In this document: positions 57,486 through 64,000 of the stretch, one piece after another | How positions within the stretch are numbered: the stretch's first letter is position 1 | Layout: the number at the start of each line of letters is the position of its first letter | NCBI RefSeq assembly: GCF_000006765.1 | Contig: NC_002516.2 | Origin: Pseudomonas aeruginosa PAO1 | GTDB lineage: Bacteria; Pseudomonadota; Gammaproteobacteria; Pseudomonadales; Pseudomonadaceae | DNA length: 64,000 nt | Reading direction: 5' to 3' (one strand) | Program-made: the position numbers and the translations under genes | The notes under the pieces: generated by a model | Seen by the model: only the letters and a program-made list of their open reading frames with translations | Database searches by the model: none | What the model was told of the DNA's origin: nothing

Positions 57486-57944
57486 ATGCCTGCCTACTGG
57501 CTGATGAAATCCGAGCCGGACGAACTCTCGATCCGCGACCTGCAACGCCTCGGAACCGCCCGCTGGGATGGCGTGCGCAACTATCAGGCGCGCAACTTCA
57601 TCCGCAGCATGAACCCCGGCGACCTGTTCTTCTTCTACCACTCCAGTTGCCCGCAGCCCGGCATCGCCGGTATCGCCCGCATCGAAGGCGAAGCCTACCC
57701 CGATCCCACGGCCCTGGATCCCGCCAGCCCCTACCACGACCCCAAGGCCAGCGCCGGGAAGAACCCCTGGAGCGCCCGCGACGTCAGCTTCGTCGAAGCC
57801 TTCGCCGAGGTCGTTCCACTGGCCCGGCTGAAGGCCCAGGACGCCCTGGCCAACCTCGCCCTGGTGCAGAAGGGCAGCCGCCTCTCGGTAATGCCGGTCA
57901 GCGCCGAGGAATGGCAGGCGATCCTGCCGCTGGCGAAACGCTGA
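57486..57944 (+). CDS. EVE-domain protein, 152 aa
   Basis: YWLMKSEP, WDGVRNYQARN, FFYHS, RLSVMPV..EW. Confidence 0.92.
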   Translation: MPAYWLMKSEPDELSIRDLQRLGTARWDGVRNYQARNFIRSMNPGDLFFFYHSSCPQPGIAGIARIEGEAYPDPTALDPASPYHDPKASAGKNPWSARDVSFVEAFAEVVPLARLKAQDALANLALVQKGSRLSVMPVSAEEWQAILPLAKR

Positions 57945-57953
57945 AGCCATCGC

Positions 57954-59078
57954 TCAGGCCATCTGCGAGATGGTCCGGCGGAAACGCCAGAGCGCGCCGA
58001 AGAAGAACGCCGAACCGATCACCACGATACCGGCGAACTGCGGCCAGACGATGTCGAAACCGGCGCCGCGGAACAGGATCGCCTGGGCCAGGCTGACGAA
58101 ATGCGTGGTCGGCGCCGCCAGCATGATGTTCTGCACCAGTTCCGGCATGCTTTCCCGTGGCGTGGTGCCGCCCGAAAGAATGTTCAGCGGCAGCAGCACG
58201 AGGATGGTCAACAGTCCGAGCTGCGGCATCGAACGCGCCACCGTGCCGAGGAATATGCCCATGGAGGTGGTGGCGAACAGATGCAATCCGGCGCCGAGCA
58301 GGAACAGTCCCACCGAGCCGCTGATCGGCACGTCCAGCCAGCCACGCACCACCCACTGCAACGAGAGCCCCGCCGCCACCAGCACCACCAGCCCCATCGA
58401 CCAGACCTTGGCCATCATGATCTCGAAGGCCGACAGCGGCATCACCAGCAGGTGCTCGACGGTGCCGTGCTCGCGCTCGCGGATCAGCGCGGCGCCGGTG
58501 AGGATGATCGACAGCATGGTGATCTGGTTGATCACTTCCATCACCCCACCGAACCAGGCCTGGGTCAGGTTCGGGTTGAATTCCATGCGCACCTCGATCT
58601 GCGCCGGCATGCTCGGCTCCGCGCGGTAGCGGCTGACGAATTCGCGCACCTCGGTGGCGACGATGTTCTGGATGTAGCCCGCGCCAGAGAAGGCCTGCCC
58701 GGTCTGGGTCGCGTCGACGTTGACCTGGATCGAGGGCTTGCGCCCGGCGAGCACGTCGCGCTGGAAGTCCGGCGGGATATCGAGGGTGAAGGTATACAGG
58801 CCGACGTCCATGCCGCGATCCATCTCGGCATGTCCGATCATTTCCGGCGGCCGGAAGTATGGGGGCTGGAAGGCATTGACGATACGCGACGAGAGCTGCG
58901 AGCGGTCCTCGTCGACCACCGCGATCGGCGCGTGATGCAAGGTTTCCGGAATACCGGTGGCGGAACTGTAGACGCCCAGGGTGAAGGCCCAGACGATCAG
59001 TGCCAGCATCGCGTAGTCGCGGCCGAGACTGCGGAACTCCTTGATGCCCAGGTTGAAGATGTTGGCCAGGCTGCGCAT
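57954..59078 (-). CDS. yhhJ: ABC-2 permease YhhJ-like, 374 aa
   Basis: IAVVDEDRSQLS, REREHGTVEHLLVMP. Confidence 0.88.
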   Translation of the reverse strand: MRSLANIFNLGIKEFRSLGRDYAMLALIVWAFTLGVYSSATGIPETLHHAPIAVVDEDRSQLSSRIVNAFQPPYFRPPEMIGHAEMDRGMDVGLYTFTLDIPPDFQRDVLAGRKPSIQVNVDATQTGQAFSGAGYIQNIVATEVREFVSRYRAEPSMPAQIEVRMEFNPNLTQAWFGGVMEVINQITMLSIILTGAALIREREHGTVEHLLVMPLSAFEIMMAKVWSMGLVVLVAAGLSLQWVVRGWLDVPISGSVGLFLLGAGLHLFATTSMGIFLGTVARSMPQLGLLTILVLLPLNILSGGTTPRESMPELVQNIMLAAPTTHFVSLAQAILFRGAGFDIVWPQFAGIVVIGSAFFFGALWRFRRTISQMA

Positions 59079-59081
59079 CGC

Positions 59082-61832
59082 TCAGTCCTCCTGCTTCTTC
59101 AGGCAGGCCACGCTGAGCAGGGTCAGCACCACGATGGAAGCGGCAAGCGGCAGGTAGTAGGCCCAGAGATCGGACAGGCCCAGCGATTTGGAAAAGGCGC
59201 CGCGGCTGACCACCAGGAAATGCGAGGTCGGATAGAGCTTGCCGATCCAGGCCGCCGCACCCTCCAGCGAGGACACCGGGTGGATCAGCCCGGAGAACTG
59301 GATCGCCGGGATCATGGTGGCGATCGCCACGCCGAATACAGCGGCGATCTGGCTGCGCATGAACGTCGAGAGGAACAGCCCGAGGCCAGTGCTGGTGACC
59401 ACATAGAGGAAAGCGCCGATGGTCAACGCCAGGAAGCTGCCCTTGAGCGGCACGCGAAATACCACGATGGCCAGGACCAGCATCAGCAGGAAGTTGATCA
59501 TGCCCATGGCGACGTAGGGCAGCTGCTTGCCAACCAGGAACTCCAGGCGCGTCACCGGGGTGACATAGAGGTTGGTGATCGAACCCAGTTCCTTTTCGCG
59601 CACCACGCCGAGGGCGGTGAGCATGGCCGGGATCATGATCAGCAGCAGCGGGATCACCGCCGGCACCATCGCCTTCAGGCTTTCCACGTCGGGGTTGTAG
59701 CGATAGCGCACCTCGGTGCTGGCCGCCGCGCTGGCCTCGGCCCCACCCGCCTGCCGCGAGAGGTCCGCCAGGTAGCTGGTGTGCAGACCCTGCACGTAGC
59801 CGAGCACGGTGTTGGCACGGGTCGGCATCGCTCCGTCGATCCACACGCCGATGGCCGGATCGGAGCCACGCTTGAGATCGCGCCCGAAGTTCGGCGGAAT
59901 CTCCACCGCCAGGCTCAGCTCGCCGCTGCGCAGGCGCCGGTCGAGGTCGTCCGGGTCGGTGATCGGCGCATGTTCGACGAAATAGCGCGAGCCGGCGATG
60001 TTCAGCGCGTAGGCCTGGCTGGTGGTGGTCTGGTCACGGTCGAGGACCGCCCAGGAGAGGTCCTCGACGTCCATGTTGATGCCATAGCCGATGATGAACA
60101 TCAGCAGCGCGGTGCCGAGCAGGGCCAGGGTCAGGCGGATCGGGTCGCGGCGCAGCTCCATGGCTTCGCGGCGCGCATAGCTGAACAGCCGCAGGGGGCT
60201 GAAGCGTTCGCGTTGCGCCTGGCGCTCCTGGCCATCGCCGGGCTGCTCCGCGACGGCCGGCGCCTCGGCCGGTTGCGCTGGCGCGGCGGCGCCGGCGGCT
60301 TCTTCCAGGTACGCGATGAAGGTCGCCTCCAGGGTCGGCAGGCCGCGCTGGCGCACCAGCTCATCGGGAGTATCGCTGGCCAGTACCTTGCCGGCATGCA
60401 TCAGCGAGATGCGATCGCAGCGCTGGGCCTCGTTCATGAAGTGGGTGGAAATGAAGATGGTCACCCCGTCGCGGCGCGACAGCTCGACCATTAGCTCCCA
60501 GAAGCCGTCGCGAGCCACCGGGTCGACCCCCGAAGTGGGCTCGTCGAGGATCAGGATTTCCGGCTTGTGGATCACCGCCACCGCCAACGACAGACGCTGG
60601 CGAATGCCCAGCGGCAGGTCGTTGGGCAGCTCGTCGGCCACCTTCTCCAGGTCGAAGCGCCGGAGCATTTCGCCGACCCGTGCCGGGATGCCATCCGCCG
60701 GCAGGTGGAACAGCCGGGCGTGCAACACCAGGTTCTGCCGCACGCTCAGCTCGGCATACAGGGAAAAGGCCTGGGACATGTAGCCGACCCGGCGACGGGT
60801 CGCCATGTCGCTGGCGTCCACCGGCTGGCCGAACAGCGCGCACGTGCCTTCGCTGGCCGGCAGCAGGCCGGTGAGCATCTTCATGGTGGTGGACTTGCCG
60901 CAGCCGTTGGAGCCGAGAAAGCCGAAGATTTCCCCACGCTCGATACGGAAGCTGACGTGATCGACCGCGACGAAGTCGCCGAAACGACAGGTCAGGCCCT
61001 CGGCCTCGATGGCGATCCGCGGCGCGCCTTCGCTCTGCGGTCGCGGCGGGATCACCAATCGATGGTGGCCGGCGCGCTTGCTTTCCGGCAGCAGGGCGAT
61101 GAACGCCGACTCGAGGCTCTGCGTCCCGGTACGCTCGCGCAACTCCTGCGGCGTACCGGTGGCCAGGACCTTTCCGTCGTCCATCGCCACCAGCCAGTCG
61201 AAGCGCTCGGCTTCCTCCATGTAAGCGGTGGCGACCAGCACGCTCATGCCTTCGCGGCCCGCGCGGATACGGCCGATCAGCTCCCAGAACTGGTTGCGCG
61301 ACAGCGGGTCGACGCCGGTGGTCGGCTCGTCGAGGATCAGCAGGTCGGGATCGTGGATCAGCGCGCAGCACAGCCCGAGCTTCTGCTTCATGCCGCCGGA
61401 CAGCTTGCCCGCAGGACGCTCGGCGAACGGCGCCAATCCGGTGCTTTGCAGCAGATCGGCGATGCGCCGCTCGCGCTCGGCCTTGTCGTGGCCGAACAGC
61501 CGACCGAAGAAGTCGACGTTCTCGAACACCGAGAGCGTCGGGTAGAGGTTCTTGCCCAGCCCCTGGGGCATGTAGGCGATGCGCGGGCAGACCGCCCGGC
61601 GGTGGCGGCGGTCGCGCATGTCGCCATCGAGCACGCGGATCTCGCCATCCTGCATCTTCCGTGCGCCGGCCAGCAGCGCCAGCAGGCTGGACTTGCCGAC
61701 CCCGTCCGGACCGATCAGGCCGACCATGCGGTTGGCCGGGATCTCCAGGCTGACGTCGTCAACCGCACGCGTCTCGCCGTAGCGCAGCGAAACGCCCCGG
61801 AGGCTCGCCACGCCGCTCCCGCCAGCGGTCAT
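59082..61832 (-). CDS. rbbA: RbbA-like double ATPase plus permease fusion, 916 aa
   Basis: Walker [10 protein letters not shown] and [16 protein letters not shown]; C-terminal VREKELGSI permease; start overlaps the upstream stop. Confidence 0.9.
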   Translation of the reverse strand: MTAGGSGVASLRGVSLRYGETRAVDDVSLEIPANRMVGLIGPDGVGKSSLLALLAGARKMQDGEIRVLDGDMRDRRHRRAVCPRIAYMPQGLGKNLYPTLSVFENVDFFGRLFGHDKAERERRIADLLQSTGLAPFAERPAGKLSGGMKQKLGLCCALIHDPDLLILDEPTTGVDPLSRNQFWELIGRIRAGREGMSVLVATAYMEEAERFDWLVAMDDGKVLATGTPQELRERTGTQSLESAFIALLPESKRAGHHRLVIPPRPQSEGAPRIAIEAEGLTCRFGDFVAVDHVSFRIERGEIFGFLGSNGCGKSTTMKMLTGLLPASEGTCALFGQPVDASDMATRRRVGYMSQAFSLYAELSVRQNLVLHARLFHLPADGIPARVGEMLRRFDLEKVADELPNDLPLGIRQRLSLAVAVIHKPEILILDEPTSGVDPVARDGFWELMVELSRRDGVTIFISTHFMNEAQRCDRISLMHAGKVLASDTPDELVRQRGLPTLEATFIAYLEEAAGAAAPAQPAEAPAVAEQPGDGQERQAQRERFSPLRLFSYARREAMELRRDPIRLTLALLGTALLMFIIGYGINMDVEDLSWAVLDRDQTTTSQAYALNIAGSRYFVEHAPITDPDDLDRRLRSGELSLAVEIPPNFGRDLKRGSDPAIGVWIDGAMPTRANTVLGYVQGLHTSYLADLSRQAGGAEASAAASTEVRYRYNPDVESLKAMVPAVIPLLLIMIPAMLTALGVVREKELGSITNLYVTPVTRLEFLVGKQLPYVAMGMINFLLMLVLAIVVFRVPLKGSFLALTIGAFLYVVTSTGLGLFLSTFMRSQIAAVFGVAIATMIPAIQFSGLIHPVSSLEGAAAWIGKLYPTSHFLVVSRGAFSKSLGLSDLWAYYLPLAASIVVLTLLSVACLKKQED

Positions 61833-62902
61833 TGCGGAACCTTGATCTGCAGGTTGGCCGGCCACTCGACCTCAGGGTCCAGTCGCAGGTAGGCCATTCC
61901 GGGCACGCCGGTCTTGACGTAGGTGATGTATTTTTCCAGCAGCGCCGGATCGAGCCGCGCCTTGACCCGGAACATCAGCTTCTCCCGCTCGTTGGCGGTT
62001 TCCACCGTTTTCGGGGTGAACTGGGCGACACTGGCGACATAGGAAACCTTGGCCGGGATCACGTAGTCCGGCACCGCGTCGATCACCAAGCGCACTTCCT
62101 GGCCCAGTCCGACCCTGCCGGCCTGCATGGATGGCAGGAAGAAAGTCATGTAGACGTCGGCCAGGTCGACCATGTTGAGGAGCTTGCCACCGGCCGGCAG
62201 CACTTCCCCCGGCTGTGCCACGCGGTACTGCACGCGGCCGTTGCGCGGCGCCTTGAGCAGGCTGTCGTCGATATCCGCCTGGAGCCGGGCGACGCTGGCC
62301 TTGGCCGCCTCGATGGCCGACTGCGCCTCGATTACCTGGGAACGCCCGGCCTCGATCGCCGCCTGCGCCGAAATCACTTGCGAGCGTGCCGCGGACAACG
62401 CCGCCTGGGCGCTCTGCAGGGTCGCCCGATCGTCGTCGAGTTGCTGTTGCGGCAGGGCATTGCGCTTGACCAGCGCCTCGGTACGGGTGAAGCGCTTCTG
62501 CGCCGCTGTCAGCTCTGCCTGGCGCTGCGCCACCACGGCCTGGGCGGTGCTCTTCTCGCTCTCGCGCTGGGCCACCAGCGAGGTCGCGGTGAGCTTGGCG
62601 TTCTCCGCCTGGCGCACCTGGGCCTGGGCCTGGGCCAACTGCGCCTCGAGCACCTGGGTATCCATCCGCGCGACGATTTCGCCGGCCTTGACGAAGTCGC
62701 CCTCGTCGACCTTGATCTCGGCGACCCGCCCGGGAAGCTTGGCCGCCACGTCCACCTCGGTGGCCTCGATGCGTCCGTTGCCGCTGGCGAATCCCTCGCC
62801 CAGGCCGGTCGGTCGCGATACCTGCCAGACCAGCACGCCTACGCCGAGCAGCGCCGCCACGATCAAGGCACGGCTCAGCCACCGTTTGCTTTCCTGTTTC
62901 AT
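61829..62902 (-). CDS. yhiI: HlyD-family membrane fusion protein YhiI-like, 357 aa
   Basis: [10 protein letters not shown], lipoyl halves, coiled coil, [18 protein letters not shown]. Confidence 0.88.
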   Translation of the reverse strand: MKQESKRWLSRALIVAALLGVGVLVWQVSRPTGLGEGFASGNGRIEATEVDVAAKLPGRVAEIKVDEGDFVKAGEIVARMDTQVLEAQLAQAQAQVRQAENAKLTATSLVAQRESEKSTAQAVVAQRQAELTAAQKRFTRTEALVKRNALPQQQLDDDRATLQSAQAALSAARSQVISAQAAIEAGRSQVIEAQSAIEAAKASVARLQADIDDSLLKAPRNGRVQYRVAQPGEVLPAGGKLLNMVDLADVYMTFFLPSMQAGRVGLGQEVRLVIDAVPDYVIPAKVSYVASVAQFTPKTVETANEREKLMFRVKARLDPALLEKYITYVKTGVPGMAYLRLDPEVEWPANLQIKVPQ

Positions 62903-63108
62903 CCCTTCTCCTCGCACGTCCGGCCAGGCCGCGGCGATGGCGCTCACGCTGGAAAGCGCGGCCGCCGCGGACTTCACTGGCTCGATTGTCCCTCCAGGGC
63001 GGCGCGCGGGTGTTGATGCACGTCAGACGCGCCCGACCGAATCTCACAGGAAAGCAGAATCGCCGGTGCCTCGCATCCGGGAGCGCGGGACAGAACGGAT
63101 AGTTGACC

Positions 63109-63528
63109 TCAGGGCTGGACGATGAGGTTGTTGAACAGCAGGTCGGTCACCAGCGGCTTGCCCTCTTCCTGCTCGAGGGTCTGCTGGACCTGCTTCAGCG
63201 CCTCCTGGCGCAGGCTTTCCTTGGCCTCGACCGTACCCAGGCTCTGGTCGGTCTGCTGGGCGAACAGCATGATCAACTGGTTGCGGATCAAGGGCTCGTG
63301 ATGCTCGACCTTGGTCGCCGCGTCCTTGTCGGCCACCTGCAGGGCGATGTCGGCCTTGTAGTACTGCAGGCGCGGCCCGCTGCCGTAGTTGCCGACCAGC
63401 GCCGGGGTCAGGTCGACGTAGACCGGCTTGTTCGCGCCCTCGCCTTCCGGAGCGGCCTCCTCGGCCGAGGCGAACGACGGGAACAGACTCAGGCACAGGG
63501 CCAGCGACAGGGCAATGGGGGTTCTCAC
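63109..63528 (-). CDS. FliL-like protein, ~139 aa
   Basis: N-terminal hydrophobic segment; YVDL.P.LVGNY, IRNQLI.LF, TVEAKESLRQEAL, DLLFNNLIVQ; GTG start after GGAG. Confidence 0.8.
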   Translation of the reverse strand: MRTPIALSLALCLSLFPSFASAEEAAPEGEGANKPVYVDLTPALVGNYGSGPRLQYYKADIALQVADKDAATKVEHHEPLIRNQLIMLFAQQTDQSLGTVEAKESLRQEALKQVQQTLEQEEGKPLVTDLLFNNLIVQP

Positions 63529-63682
63529 GGGCGCATCTCCTCGACGAATGCCGGCAAGCATAGCCAGACTCTCGGCCGGGCCCAAGCCCGGGGTTTATGG
63601 ACAACCATCAGTTGCGGCGATGCTGATTGACCCCCGGCGTCTCCCTCCTACACTGGCCGGACCGCAAACTGGAGCGTCCCCG

Positions 63683-64000
63683 ATGAAAGCCGTCCTCTGC
63701 AAAGCCTTCGGCCCGGCCAGCAGCCTGGTCCTGGAAGAAATCGCCAGCCCGAGCCCGGCGAAGAACGAAATCCTCCTCGATGTGCACGCCGCCGGGGTCA
63801 ACTTCCCAGACACCCTGATCATCGAGGGCAAGTACCAGTTCAAGCCACCCTTCCCCTTCTCCCCGGGCGGCGAGGCGGCCGGGGTGGTCGCCGCGGTCGG
63901 TGAAAAGGTCGCCCACGTCAGGCCCGGCGACCGGGTCATGGCCCTGACCGGCTGGGGCAGCTTCGCCGAGCAGGTCAAGGTGCCCGGCTATAACGTGATG
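63683..64000 (+). CDS. NADPH:quinone oxidoreductase (MDR family), 5' part, runs off the window
   Basis: GGAG RBS; MKAVLCKAFGP, AAGVNFPD.L..G.YQ, PFSPGGE.AGVV. Confidence 0.88.
   Translation, partial: MKAVLCKAFGPASSLVLEEIASPSPAKNEILLDVHAAGVNFPDTLIIEGKYQFKPPFPFSPGGEAAGVVAAVGEKVAHVRPGDRVMALTGWGSFAEQVKVPGYNVM

Overview
GC-rich Pseudomonas aeruginosa core chromosome. Gene order and protein sequences match what I recall as PAO1 PA5174 (3' end) to PA5234 (5' end). This is recognition from memory, not a database search. About 60 genes: cysQ-nudE, a LysR/FdhD/molybdoenzyme unit, two glycine-zipper paralogs, rsmN, a LysR-linked acyl-CoA cluster, pckA, hslO, lpxT, rimBK, ldcA, amgRS, tex, gshA, argA/argE, a phosphate module, gcvT-H-P, an Fe3+ ABC pair, a LysR-MFS-diiron oxidase cassette, pepP-ubiH-ubiI, zapA, 6S RNA and a ribosome-associated ABC system. 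I see no mobile element, prophage, CRISPR array, rRNA or tRNA, and no obvious frameshift. The top finding is below the ORF-track size cutoff. A 7-codon leader ORF (MLLRRR*, three tandem rare CGA codons, strong GAGGAG RBS) sits upstream of argA. Its 10-nt RBS spacer is perfectly complementary to the argA initiation region, which is the architecture of an arginine-sensing translational attenuator. Other leads: a LysR-MFS-heme-oxygenase-like diiron oxidase cassette with an (AAN)5 Hfq/Crc-type motif; an AlgU-type promoter and terminator delimiting a ~145-nt RNA; an orphan pilin-like gene behind a TCCTA/TAGGA array; a helix that could mask the rimK RBS; and a 43-aa membrane microprotein missing from the track. 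All mechanisms are inferred from sequence alone and are untested. Many starts were moved downstream of the ORF-track maxima.
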